This document shows, one piece after another, positions 20,586 through 30,394 of a DNA stretch of 64,000 bases. The notes under the pieces are model-generated. The model saw only the letters and a list, made by a program, of their open reading frames with translations. It was not told where the DNA came from and ran no database searches. Source of the DNA: an uncultured Chlamydiaceae bacterium (lineage in GTDB: Bacteria; Chlamydiota; Chlamydiia; Chlamydiales; JAAKFR01); the NCBI GenBank assembly GCA_942490925.1, contig CALNYX010000017.1, positions 888,143 to 952,142 of the forward strand, read 5' to 3'. The position numbers and the translations under genes were made by a program. Within the stretch, counting starts at the first letter, position 1, and every line of letters begins with the position of its first letter.

Positions 20586-21124
20586 TGCGTTGTTTTGGAA
20601 ACGAATCCGAGCTCTATGCGCGCTACCATGATGAGGAGTGGGCTATCCCCTCTCATGATGACAACTACCTCTTTGAAATGCTCATCCTAGAAGGTGTACA
20701 AGCAGGCCTAAGCTGGGAAATTGTACTTAAGCGGCGCGAAGCCTATCGCAAAGCCTACCACAATTTTGATCCAAAAAAAGTTGCGCAGATGAGCGATGAG
20801 CAATTAGAAGCCCTCCTGCAAGATCCAGCATTGATACGTAATCGCAGAAAGATCTTTGGTGCAAGGCAAAATGCCCAGGTCTTTTTGGAAATGCAAAAGG
20901 AATTTGGCTCATTTGATGCCTACATCTGGAAGTTTGTCGACGATAAGCCAATTGTGAATCGATGGAGGCAAAAAAAAGATGTCCCAACAGAGACATCTAT
21001 TAGCCAAGCAATTTCTAAGGATTTGAAAAAACGTGGGATGACATTTGTCGGTCCCACGATTCTATATGCCTACATGCAAGCTGTTGGGATGGTCAATGAC
21101 CACCTCATCTCTTGCAATCAGTAA
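20585..21124 (+). CDS. tag: DNA-3-methyladenine glycosylase I
   Basis: MRCFGNE..YARYHDEEWAIP..DDNYLFEMLILEGVQAGLSW..VLKRREAYRKAY matches the Tag family throughout. The track ORF starts 9 nt earlier (20576). Confidence 0.9.
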   Translation: MRCFGNESELYARYHDEEWAIPSHDDNYLFEMLILEGVQAGLSWEIVLKRREAYRKAYHNFDPKKVAQMSDEQLEALLQDPALIRNRRKIFGARQNAQVFLEMQKEFGSFDAYIWKFVDDKPIVNRWRQKKDVPTETSISQAISKDLKKRGMTFVGPTILYAYMQAVGMVNDHLISCNQ

Positions 21125-21236
21125 CAACTAAGAGACTTCGTCATTACCATCTTCTTTTACTGCCACGTTAGCACGTAGATTATAAAAAAAATAAACTCTT
21201 TTTTAAAAATCTATATAGATCTAGTTTATGTGTTTT

Positions 21237-22598
21237 TTAATTAACCATCTGCTCAGCAGGAACAGCTTTCTTGAAGAAGAAGTCAGTCTCTTTGACGACT
21301 ACGCCCGAGAGGGCAAAAATGCCGATGAGGTTTGGAAGGGCCATGAAGGCATTGGCAATGTCTGCAACAGGCCAGATCACCTCTAGAGGGATCATCACGC
21401 CTAAGAAGACACAGATCGTGAAGAGCACGCGATAGTAGTAGGCTGAGCGACTACCCAAGATGTATTCGCAACACTTCTCACCATAATACGACCAACCGAT
21501 GATCGTAGAAAGTCCAAAAAGGATACAACCCAAAATCACCACATAGCCACCGAAGGGAAAAGCTCTTTCAAAGGCGACAACTGTCATATAGGCCCCATTG
21601 AGGATCTTACCATCTGGACCAAGGTCACCAAGAACGTGCGTCACCGCAATCGCAAGACCTGTGAATGTACAGACAATTGTTGAGAGAAAGGCTCCTGTCA
21701 TCGAAACGAGAGCTTGCCTGGCAGGATAATCTGTTTTGGCAGCCGCTGCTGCAATGGGAGCGCTACCTAGGCCAGATTCATTGGAAAAGACACTGCGCGC
21801 AATTCCCATCTGCACAGCCATAATGAGCGTTGCTCCAGCAAAACCTCCGACAGCAGCTTGCCCACTAAAAGCAGAGTGCCAAATCAACGAGAGCGCAGCT
21901 GGGATCTCTTTAAAGTAGATTCCAAGAACAGTAAAGCTGCCGACAATATAGATCAGAGCCATGACAGGCACAAGATAGGAAGTCACTTTTCCAATCGATT
22001 GAATCCCACCAATCAGCACAGCTCCAGTACATAGAGCTAACGCAAGACCTGTGATCCAGGCGCTCACTCCAAAGTAGTTAGACATGGCTAGTGCAATCGA
22101 ATTAGACTGAACAAGGTTTCCTGTTGTAATCGTTGTGATCGCACCAAAAAGCGCAAAGAAAGCGGCTAGTTTTTTCCAACCTAGACCTCTATCAATGTAA
22201 TACATTGGGCCACCGGCCATCTGCCCTTTTTTATCCGTGATGCGGTATTTAACTGCCAAAACCCCTTCACAATATTTTGTTGACATTCCGATCAGGGTAA
22301 TGACCCACAGCCAAACAAGAGATCCAAGGCCTCCCATTGCGACAGCTGTGGCAATACCGGCAATATTCCCAATTCCGATGGTTGCAGCAAGAGCAGTTGT
22401 CAAGGCTTGAAAGTGGCTGATATCCCCAACTGCTGTATGATCGTGACGCATGAAGGCAAGCTTCAAACTATAGAAGAGATAGCGGAACTGTAATCCTCTG
22501 AGTTTGACAGTCAGATAGATACCAAGAGCGATGAGGATAACAAAGAGTGGCTGCCAGACTCCATTATCGATTTTTTGAAAGAGTGAGATCCAGTCCAT
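21237..22598 (-). CDS. alanine/glycine:cation (sodium) symporter, AGCS family
   Basis: Polytopic membrane protein of about 11 TM. Family-like blocks include LRGLQFRY, FQALTTALAATIGIGNIAGIATAV, GGPMYYI, FSNESGLGSAPIAAAAAKT and SYYGEKC. Confidence 0.9.
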   Translation of the reverse strand: MDWISLFQKIDNGVWQPLFVILIALGIYLTVKLRGLQFRYLFYSLKLAFMRHDHTAVGDISHFQALTTALAATIGIGNIAGIATAVAMGGLGSLVWLWVITLIGMSTKYCEGVLAVKYRITDKKGQMAGGPMYYIDRGLGWKKLAAFFALFGAITTITTGNLVQSNSIALAMSNYFGVSAWITGLALALCTGAVLIGGIQSIGKVTSYLVPVMALIYIVGSFTVLGIYFKEIPAALSLIWHSAFSGQAAVGGFAGATLIMAVQMGIARSVFSNESGLGSAPIAAAAAKTDYPARQALVSMTGAFLSTIVCTFTGLAIAVTHVLGDLGPDGKILNGAYMTVVAFERAFPFGGYVVILGCILFGLSTIIGWSYYGEKCCEYILGSRSAYYYRVLFTICVFLGVMIPLEVIWPVADIANAFMALPNLIGIFALSGVVVKETDFFFKKAVPAEQMVN

Positions 22599-22692
22599 AA
22601 TATTAAGGAAAAGATTTTAACGAATTCTTGATCAAGCGTCAAGGGTTTTGTCTTTTCTAGAAACTCCTTGATTTGGTACTCTCTAAGTTTTG

Positions 22693-23718
22693 ATGGATAC
22701 ACCGAAACAACTACAAGACGCCCTACCGCAGACAAAGAAGCAAGCTTCTTTCATTGCTCACTCTCGAAATGAGATCGAAGCGATCCTTAATGGAGTCGAT
22801 CAAAGACTCCTGCTTATTGTGGGTCCTTGCTCTGTTCATGACCCTGAAGCTACAATCGACTATGCTAAACGGTTTAAGGAACTTGCAAAAAGTGTTTCAG
22901 ATCGTTTTCTACTGGTCATGCGCACCTATTTCGAGAAGCCCCGCACAACGATTGGTTGGAAAGGTTTGCTCTATGATCCACATCTTGATGGTTCGTATGA
23001 GGTACAAACAGGAGTCCACATCGTCAGAAAACTTGTTTCAGATCTCACAGATTTAGAGGTTCCGATTGGAAGTGAACTACTTGAGATGACAACAGCGCAT
23101 TATTATGCCGATTATCTTGCATGGGGGTGTATTGGGGCTCGCACGGCAGCTTCCCCTCCACACCGTCAGTTTGCCTCAAGTCTCCCCTTCCCCATCGGTT
23201 TTAAAAATACGACAGATGGCAATGTCGAGGCTGCGATCCAAGGAATTACTTCCGCGAATAGTTCTCACGTCTTTTTAGGGCTCAATACCAAAGGGGAGAT
23301 GGCACGTATCTACACGTCAGGCAATCCAGATTGTCACATTATTCTGCGTGGAAGTGAGATACGCCCTAACTATTTTCCGCACGATGTAGCTGAAACCATC
23401 GAAAAGTGCAAAGAAGCAGGTGTACAAGAGAGACTCCTAGTCGATTGTTCTCATGACAATAGCTTCAAAATTCCCGAGGAGCAGATTCCTGTCCTTGATT
23501 CAGTCATCGATCAGGTTGCTAAAGGGAACCATAAGTTGGTTGGTGCAATGCTTGAGAGCAATATCCATGCTGGTACACAACTAGTCGATGGAGAGCTCAA
23601 GTATGGTGTATCGATTACAGATCCCTGTTTATCGTGGGAAACAACAGAGCGTGTGATTAAAAAAGCTCACGATCGCCTATCAGGTGTGCCCTCCGAGCAG
23701 CTCTGTCTCGTCTACTAG
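22693..23718 (+). CDS. aroG: 3-deoxy-7-phosphoheptulonate (DAHP) synthase, class I
   Basis: LLIVGPCSVHD, MRTYFEKPRTTIGWKGLLYDP, GARTAASPPHRQ, PIGFKNTTDG and VDCSHDNS motifs. The track start at 22690 is a TTG immediately before the ATG at 22693. Confidence 0.9.
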   Translation: MDTPKQLQDALPQTKKQASFIAHSRNEIEAILNGVDQRLLLIVGPCSVHDPEATIDYAKRFKELAKSVSDRFLLVMRTYFEKPRTTIGWKGLLYDPHLDGSYEVQTGVHIVRKLVSDLTDLEVPIGSELLEMTTAHYYADYLAWGCIGARTAASPPHRQFASSLPFPIGFKNTTDGNVEAAIQGITSANSSHVFLGLNTKGEMARIYTSGNPDCHIILRGSEIRPNYFPHDVAETIEKCKEAGVQERLLVDCSHDNSFKIPEEQIPVLDSVIDQVAKGNHKLVGAMLESNIHAGTQLVDGELKYGVSITDPCLSWETTERVIKKAHDRLSGVPSEQLCLVY

Positions 23719-23778
23719 GATCAATTGTAGACTGAGAAATGGGTGACAAAATCTTCAAAATTGACTATACTTTTTGCC

Positions 23779-24870
23779 ATGAAAAAGCATTCAGAACTCA
23801 CCTTTACTGAACTACACGTTGATGGCTATGAAAGAGTCGTCGAAGCTGTAGATAAAACTGTCGGATTGCACGCTATTATTGCAATCCATAGCACCACTTT
23901 AGGATCAGCCTTAGGCGGCATCCGTGTCTATCCCTATAAAACTTTTGAAGAAGCTTTGACAGATGTCTGTCGCTTAGCCGAGGGGATGACTTGTAAGGCT
24001 GCTATTATGGGAACAGGCACTGGTGGAGCAAAAGCTGTTATTATTACAGATCATAAAGCTCCTAAAAGCGAAGCGTTACTCCTGGCATTTGCTGAAGCTG
24101 TCAACTACCTCGAGGGTCAATATATCTGCGCTGAAGATACCGGCATCACTGAAAAGGATATGGTCGTTATAAACAAGGGAAGCAAATATGTTGTTGGCTT
24201 GCCTCAAATCAGTGGAAACCCCTCACCGTTTACAGCTTGGGGAGTATTGCGCGGGATACAGGCAACCTGTATGCAATTGTTTGATGCGCCTACGGTTGAA
24301 GGAAGGACGATTGCTATTCAAGGACTTGGTGTTGTTGGAATGGATTTAGCTCGTCACCTTTTTTGGGATGGAGCGCAACTCATTGTTGCAGACCTTGATG
24401 AAAAAAATGTTGAAGACGCGATGCTACAATTTGGCGCAAAACGTGTGAATCCTGATGAAATTCTAGAAGTTGAATGCGACATTTTAGTCCCTTGTGCTTT
24501 TGGTGGTTTCCTAAACAAACAATCTATTCCTAAACTGCGTTGCAAAGCAGTTGCAGGCGCAGCGAATAATCAACTCCTTACAGCAGACGATGGTCGTCTT
24601 CTTTTAGAAAGAGACATTCTCTATGCTCCTGATTTTGTGATTAATGCAGCGGGCCTTGTCAATGCTTGCGGTGAGATCTCAAATAGTGGTTACAATGCTG
24701 TTGCTGTTCGACAAGACGTTAACCGCATTTATGACATTTTGCTTCGCATCTTCAAGCTTTCAAAAGAGCAAAACATCCCGACAAACTGCATTGCAGATGA
24801 GATTGTCGCCTATAATCTCAAGCATGCGATAGGCAAACGGACAGAAGAAATTATGTTCCGCTCAACATAG
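23779..24870 (+). CDS. Leu/Phe/Val (Glu/Leu/Phe/Val family) amino-acid dehydrogenase
   Basis: AIIAIHSTTLGSALGGIRVYPY and GGAKAVI catalytic-region motifs, and a Rossmann GLGVVG. ATG 23779 gives a family-typical N-terminus; the track ORF begins at GTG 23743. Confidence 0.85.
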   Translation: MKKHSELTFTELHVDGYERVVEAVDKTVGLHAIIAIHSTTLGSALGGIRVYPYKTFEEALTDVCRLAEGMTCKAAIMGTGTGGAKAVIITDHKAPKSEALLLAFAEAVNYLEGQYICAEDTGITEKDMVVINKGSKYVVGLPQISGNPSPFTAWGVLRGIQATCMQLFDAPTVEGRTIAIQGLGVVGMDLARHLFWDGAQLIVADLDEKNVEDAMLQFGAKRVNPDEILEVECDILVPCAFGGFLNKQSIPKLRCKAVAGAANNQLLTADDGRLLLERDILYAPDFVINAAGLVNACGEISNSGYNAVAVRQDVNRIYDILLRIFKLSKEQNIPTNCIADEIVAYNLKHAIGKRTEEIMFRST

Positions 24871-24909
24871 TTCTATTTTCCTTTAAAAGCTCAGTTTGGC
24901 ACTAATTTG

Positions 24910-25701
24910 TTATAGAGGATCTGCTTGAGCTGCTAAGTAGCCACCATTTTCATGTAACGGATCTTTGCACCAGCCTCGTAGGAATTGATTCGGAAAGATA
25001 TTGATGCCAAAGTCCGCTACAGTATTGCTTTTTCTGTCGACATAGCCCCAGAGCTGTTTTTTATCAGGTAAATCTTTTAAATAGATATCGAGCTGGGTTG
25101 ATTCAGCAACTAAGTTTTCTTGAGAAGAAAATAGCAGCTCCATAGCTTCTTGACTCTCTTTATTATATGACTCAAATCTCCCAAGGCGTTCTCTGATTCT
25201 CCAAAAAAAGCCTGTGCATAGATACTTTTTATTAACAGAGACATCAGATAAAGTTATTTTCCAAAGTTCCCATGCTTCCACATATTCTTGAGGCTTTTGC
25301 TGCATTTCATTCAAATAATGGATGACAAAGTTCAAGTTATATTGATGATTCAAAAGCGTACAAAATTCAGTAACAATTGAGAGCAGGTTTTGAGCAGGAA
25401 CTTCAGCTTTTTCTTGATAGTCAATGGAGAGCTTTTCTTCAGAAAAGAGGTCTGTCAAAAATTGTTCAAAACTCAAATAGTTGACAGGTTTGGTAGCATA
25501 GAAAATAGCCTCTGCCCATTTCTCATACTCTTCAGCCTCCAAACAAATTAAACCTAAAAAAAGCCTGTGCGATTCATATGCATTAATTTCTGACGCAAGG
25601 ACATCCCTACAAATAATTGGACTCAGGCGACTTAGAAAAATCATGCCGATATTAAAACTTTGTAATGGAGTTACAAAATCTTGGGAGTGTAATTCTGTCA
25701 T
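24910..25701 (-). CDS. hypothetical protein (263 aa), AT-rich orphan
   Basis: Long uninterrupted ORF with no signal peptide or TM segment and no family recognised. Sampled 60-nt lines are visibly more AT-rich than the flanking genes. Confidence 0.5.
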   Translation of the reverse strand: MTELHSQDFVTPLQSFNIGMIFLSRLSPIICRDVLASEINAYESHRLFLGLICLEAEEYEKWAEAIFYATKPVNYLSFEQFLTDLFSEEKLSIDYQEKAEVPAQNLLSIVTEFCTLLNHQYNLNFVIHYLNEMQQKPQEYVEAWELWKITLSDVSVNKKYLCTGFFWRIRERLGRFESYNKESQEAMELLFSSQENLVAESTQLDIYLKDLPDKKQLWGYVDRKSNTVADFGINIFPNQFLRGWCKDPLHENGGYLAAQADPL

Positions 25702-25732
25702 AACACTAATTTATTGCTGATCTTACGCTAAA

Positions 25733-27535
25733 TTATTTTTTGCGTTTGCGCTCGTTTTCTGTCAGCAAGATCTTACGAAGACGGATTATGTCAGGAGTGA
25801 TCTCAATCCATTCATCCTGCTCAATGTAGGTAATCGCTTCCTCTAGGTTAAAACGACGGCACGGAGCTGTTGTCAAACTCTCATCTGTACCTGAAGCACG
25901 GACGTTTGTGAGCTGTTTAGCTTTTGTGATGTTGACAACTAGATCATTCTCACGGCTATTCTCACCAACAATCATCCCTTCGTACACTTCATCACCTGCT
26001 GAGACAAAAAGCTCACCGCGATCTTGAAGTGTAAAGGCTGCATAAGCATTGGCTTTGCCTGGACAGAGTGAAACCATCACGCCACGAGGACGTCCAACAA
26101 TTGTTCCTTTGTGCGGAGAGTAGTTCTCAAAGATGGAAGTTAAGATTCCAAGACCTTTAGTTGTGGTCAAAAAGTCGTTGCGGTACCCCATCAATCCACG
26201 TGTTGGAATCAAAAATTCCATGTGAGTGATGCCATGTTCATCAGTGCTGAGGTTTTGCATTTCTCCACGTTTCTTTGAGAGCTGATCAATTACGCTTCCA
26301 GAGTACTCTTCAGGCACATCGATATGCACGCGGTCAATCGGCTCACACTTCTTCCCATCAATTTCTTTGATAATGACTTGAGGTTTTGAAACGCAACACT
26401 CAAATCCTTCTCTACGCATTGCTTCAAGTAGAATTGAAAGATGCAATTCTCCACGTCCAGCAATACTAACACTTTGTTCGTTGTCAGTGATTTGATACGA
26501 AATATTGGCGCGTTGCTCTTTATAGAGACGATCGCGAATTTTGTTCATTGTGACATGTTTACCGCTTTTTCCTACAAATGGACCGTTGTTGACCCAAACA
26601 TCAATCGAAACAGTCGGCTCATCAACTTTAATAGGAGGAAGTACATTGATGTGTACAGGATCACAGAGGGTATCTCCGATCATGATCTCAGCAATACCTG
26701 AAAGGGAAACGATATCTCCAACACCAGCTTCTTCAACTTCAATACGTTTTAACCCGTGGTGGCCTTCAATCCGCGTAATTGATGCGCGTGTCTGCTTGCC
26801 ACTCGCATCAATGTGCATGACTTGCTGACCCTTACGCACTTTTCCTTGTAAGATACGACCACATGCCTGTCTACCGACATAATCGTCATAACCAAGGGTT
26901 GAGGCTTGGAATTGGAAAGGATTATCTAGACTCCCCTTTAAGCGCGGAGACGTCTCGATGATCAGATCAAAGAGTGCTGAAAAATCTTCTTTAGGGTCAG
27001 TACTATCATGGTAAGCATAACCTTTCAAAGCAGATGCTAAACAATATTTAAAGTCGAGTTGCTCATCATTAGCACCGAGTTCAACAAAAAGATCAAAAGT
27101 TTCGTTGAGAACGCGTTCAGGATCAGCTTGAGGGCGATCAATCTTGTTCAGAACAACAATCGGACAGAGTCCCATCTTCAGAGATTTAGAGAGCACAAAG
27201 CGTGTCTGAGGCATCGGCCCCTCTTTTGCATCAACGATTAGAAGAACTGTATCAACCATACCAAGTACGCGCTCAACTTCTCCTGAGAAGTCAGCGTGGC
27301 CAGGGGTATCGATGATATTAACCTTAAAATCTTTGTATTCAATGGAGGTATGCTTAGAAAAGATGGTGATCCCACGCTCTTTTTCTTGGTCATACGAATC
27401 CATGACGCGCTCATCAACAGCTTCGTTGTCACGGAAAATATTAGATTGTTTTAGAAGCCCATCGAGCAGTGTAGTTTTACCGTGGTCAATGTGGGCGATA
27501 ATAGCAATATTGCGAATTTTTTCTGGAGTAAACAT
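25733..27535 (-). CDS. typA: translational GTPase TypA/BipA
   Basis: IRNIAIIAHIDHGKTT, DTPGHADF and NKID GTPase motifs, plus BipA-type domains through the C-terminal RLRK..L..ERKR. Confidence 0.95.
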   Translation of the reverse strand: MFTPEKIRNIAIIAHIDHGKTTLLDGLLKQSNIFRDNEAVDERVMDSYDQEKERGITIFSKHTSIEYKDFKVNIIDTPGHADFSGEVERVLGMVDTVLLIVDAKEGPMPQTRFVLSKSLKMGLCPIVVLNKIDRPQADPERVLNETFDLFVELGANDEQLDFKYCLASALKGYAYHDSTDPKEDFSALFDLIIETSPRLKGSLDNPFQFQASTLGYDDYVGRQACGRILQGKVRKGQQVMHIDASGKQTRASITRIEGHHGLKRIEVEEAGVGDIVSLSGIAEIMIGDTLCDPVHINVLPPIKVDEPTVSIDVWVNNGPFVGKSGKHVTMNKIRDRLYKEQRANISYQITDNEQSVSIAGRGELHLSILLEAMRREGFECCVSKPQVIIKEIDGKKCEPIDRVHIDVPEEYSGSVIDQLSKKRGEMQNLSTDEHGITHMEFLIPTRGLMGYRNDFLTTTKGLGILTSIFENYSPHKGTIVGRPRGVMVSLCPGKANAYAAFTLQDRGELFVSAGDEVYEGMIVGENSRENDLVVNITKAKQLTNVRASGTDESLTTAPCRRFNLEEAITYIEQDEWIEITPDIIRLRKILLTENERKRKK

Positions 27536-27543
27536 GGTGCAAC

Positions 27544-27572
27544 ATTCTACTCGCTTTCAGAATCTTTGTCAC
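27544..27572 (-). promoter_or_regulatory. sigma70-like promoter candidate for typA (GTGACA-17 nt-TAGAAT), 8 nt from the ATG
   Basis: The minus strand reads GTGACA aagattctgaaagcgag TAGAAT gttgcacc ATG. There is no SD between the -10 and the ATG. Confidence 0.45.
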
Positions 27573-27624
27573 TATCAATCCCATTTTTCTAGATTTTAAT
27601 ACTCTGAGGATAAAAAGAGTCTGT

Positions 27625-28065
27625 TTATTTTCCGCTCTGGTCTAGAGATGTGGAATCAATTGTAATGACTTCTGCCCAGAGATGGTGATTCCACTGGTCG
27701 ATCAACGTTCCTTCATGATAGATCTGAACAGAGTAGGAGAGAATCCCCTGATATTTCCAAAAATCTTTATCCATCAAGCGAAACATCCAAGTCCCCCATC
27801 TCTCACATGTACTCCTGCGAAACTCTTGCATTTCGCGGTTGCCATAGCGTACTTGCAAGACAATCTCTGCTGGAACGCAAGAGGGAGGCAAATTCCACCT
27901 GATCACAAGTTGCTGCCCAGTAAAGCAGGAGCATCTTGGATCAGGGGTATCAATCTGCTTAGCAGCCAAATACTTGGTATCAAGATACTCTGAGCGTACG
28001 GACAACGGCCGCGAATACTGACAACCTGCCAGGCAGAGTAACATGAGTGCACAAAAATATTTCAC
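27625..28065 (-). CDS. putative lipoprotein, last gene of the V-ATPase operon
   Basis: Signal peptide with lipobox (LLCLAG-C). ATGA-type 4-nt overlap with the atpK stop. No family recognised. Confidence 0.6.
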   Translation of the reverse strand: MKYFCALMLLCLAGCQYSRPLSVRSEYLDTKYLAAKQIDTPDPRCSCFTGQQLVIRWNLPPSCVPAEIVLQVRYGNREMQEFRRSTCERWGTWMFRLMDKDFWKYQGILSYSVQIYHEGTLIDQWNHHLWAEVITIDSTSLDQSGK

Positions 28066-28484
28066 AGCAGCAAGAGGGCAAAGACAAATGCAAAGAGTGA
28101 AAAGGATTCAACAATCCCGATAGCGGCAAAACATTTTCCGTAAATAGCTGGTTGCTTGGCTGAGGCTTGAATACCTGTAGCACAACACTTTCCTTGCAAA
28201 ATCGATGAGAAGAGCAGGGCAAACCCGATGCTTAAGCCGATACCAACTCCGCCGAGAGCTGAAAGTGATTTATCCTTGATTGCTCCATTCATCAAGAGCA
28301 TCAAGATAAATCCGTAAATCGCTTGTGATGAGGGCATCGCCGACATCCCGATCATTTTTCCGTGTCCCTCGTCAATACGAGCCATCACAGCATGTGACGC
28401 CATCCCTGCAATTCCGCAGCCAAATGAGCTACCGATACAGGCAAGTCCTAAAACCAATGCTGGTCCTACAACATCAAAGTCCAT
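28062..28484 (-). CDS. atpK: V-type ATP synthase subunit K (proteolipid c)
   Basis: 140-aa, Gly/Ala-rich, four-helix hydrophobic protein in the V-ATPase operon, directly after atpI. Confidence 0.85.
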   Translation of the reverse strand: MDFDVVGPALVLGLACIGSSFGCGIAGMASHAVMARIDEGHGKMIGMSAMPSSQAIYGFILMLLMNGAIKDKSLSALGGVGIGLSIGFALLFSSILQGKCCATGIQASAKQPAIYGKCFAAIGIVESFSLFAFVFALLLL

Positions 28485-28492
28485 TGTTTCTC

Positions 28493-30394
28493 CTAGTCAA
28501 TTTGTAGCAAAGAGAGGGGCTGAAATTGTCGTCCGCCACCTTCAAAGCTGTAATGATACCATTCAATAAAGTTAAGACGCAAACCATGAATGACTCCACC
28601 CATTAAGGCGAGCACAAAATTCACGGTATGCCCCGCTAAAAAGACAAAAATTCCAAAATATATCGGCATGCTTGCACCGATATGATCAAAAGTTGTTCCC
28701 ATAATCATGCCTGCAAGCGAAAGGGCATAAATCCGCAAATAAGACATCACATCTGCAAACACTTGAATCACTTGCATCGGTTCAGCAATGCCTGCCCACT
28801 TATGCTGAATAATCGCAAGAAGTGTCGCAAGCCCAATTCCGATAAATAACATATAGAGTCCAATAATCGGACTGCCTGCTTGTGGAACATCAAACAAGAA
28901 ATAGATAAATGAGGTTGCTTTGATCACCTGAGGGAAGTAGAGATAGCCACCGATTAAGAAGATGACCCACCCTAAACCAGCCCAATTGCGATCGAGGTAG
29001 CGCAAAAAGGAGATGAGGATATGGATAGTCCCAATAAAGATGGCCAGTTCAATCAAAATATTGTCTGTGAAGGTGTCATAGATGACATATTTATCGCCAG
29101 TATCTGTCTCTTTACGCACACCCATTAAGAAAGCTTCTGTAGTTTTAGCATCCTTGAGTTTAGGGTAGCTTTTGACAATCTCCTGATAAGCGCTATTTTT
29201 TTTCTCCATCAGGTAGTTAGCCTTCCGTTTCACAGCCCAGTCGACAACCGAGATCTTGCGCATGGGATTGTCTGGGGCAATAGGAATACCAAAAAACGAG
29301 GTGAGCATCACTCCCCAAACGATACACCCTATCGATAGTGACATTGCAAGTAGAATGACGCGTCTAGCTAGGCCTGGCTTTTTACCAAACTTGAAGTAGA
29401 GAAAGAGCGTGAAACCAAAAATGAGAATTCCATAGCCGGCATCTGCAACGATCATAGAAAAGAACATTCCAAAGGCGATAAATACCCAAAGTGAAGGATC
29501 ACGATCATCTTTAGCTGGCGTGTCATAAATGTTGACAAGATCCTCTCCAAGTCGCCCAAAACGTTTGTTTTCAAGATAAGTCGGCGTGCGATCTTTCTCT
29601 TCAACAGCAATGACTTCAATAACCATATCGAGTTCATCTACAATTTTGTCGAGAAGAGCTCGCTTATTCTTGGGAACCCATCCCTCGACAGAAAAGGCGC
29701 GAGCCTCAAGCAGTGGTTCAACTTTATCTTTTGCCTGGTTAAGGTGGTGGCGATTTAACGCATCCGTCAACCCTTTTTTGAGCAGGTCTTTTTGGTGAGC
29801 AAGCGTTGCAAGTTGCGTCTCAAGATGATCGATATCTCGATACATATTGGCTAAGTCATACCGCAACTCATTTACAGAACGCTCAATGATGATTTCAACT
29901 AAACCCTCATAGGGAGTGCGCTCAGCATTGATTGCTACATAGTAGTCTAGACCGTAAGAAGAGCCAACAAAAATTAGGTTTTCTCCTTCTACATCGGATC
30001 CTTGCTTGGCAAAAAAGAATTGGAAAATGCGCTTGGACTCTTGTTCCAATGCATGAAGATTTGAAACAGAAAACTCACCAAAGATTTCAACGCGTGAGAT
30101 CTCTTTTTCGGTGATTCGTTTCTGCTCGAGTAGATGCTCAAGCTTCTCTTTGTACTCGATTACAGCTCGTGCAAGCACACTTGCTGACTTGTAGTCGGCC
30201 TGAGGAGCCTGTTTCACCGGTACCATTTGACGTAGCACATGCAGTGCATCGATAAAGTTTTGGATATTGCCAGGAACTTCCAAATCAACCGGGCCAATAA
30301 ACTCGACAATGCCCTGATCTTGCGCATGCTTGAAAAAACGTTCGCGGTTGGAAGCAGGTCCGAGCATCAATACTTTTTCTACATCAACACGCAT
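28493..30394 (-). CDS. atpI: V-type ATP synthase subunit I (a-subunit homologue)
   Basis: An N-terminal soluble coiled-coil half is followed by a polytopic C-terminal half with the conserved YLRIYALSLAG / HGLRLNFIEW region. Confidence 0.9.
   Translation of the reverse strand: MRVDVEKVLMLGPASNRERFFKHAQDQGIVEFIGPVDLEVPGNIQNFIDALHVLRQMVPVKQAPQADYKSASVLARAVIEYKEKLEHLLEQKRITEKEISRVEIFGEFSVSNLHALEQESKRIFQFFFAKQGSDVEGENLIFVGSSYGLDYYVAINAERTPYEGLVEIIIERSVNELRYDLANMYRDIDHLETQLATLAHQKDLLKKGLTDALNRHHLNQAKDKVEPLLEARAFSVEGWVPKNKRALLDKIVDELDMVIEVIAVEEKDRTPTYLENKRFGRLGEDLVNIYDTPAKDDRDPSLWVFIAFGMFFSMIVADAGYGILIFGFTLFLYFKFGKKPGLARRVILLAMSLSIGCIVWGVMLTSFFGIPIAPDNPMRKISVVDWAVKRKANYLMEKKNSAYQEIVKSYPKLKDAKTTEAFLMGVRKETDTGDKYVIYDTFTDNILIELAIFIGTIHILISFLRYLDRNWAGLGWVIFLIGGYLYFPQVIKATSFIYFLFDVPQAGSPIIGLYMLFIGIGLATLLAIIQHKWAGIAEPMQVIQVFADVMSYLRIYALSLAGMIMGTTFDHIGASMPIYFGIFVFLAGHTVNFVLALMGGVIHGLRLNFIEWYHYSFEGGGRQFQPLSLLQID

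Noticed and set aside
21125-21236. AT-rich spacer between the convergent tag and symporter genes, containing a 12-bp palindrome atctatatagat (21209-21220) and A/T runs.
   Set aside because: The palindrome is AT-only and has no loop. No convincing terminator stem is present. It is probably just AT-rich intergenic DNA.
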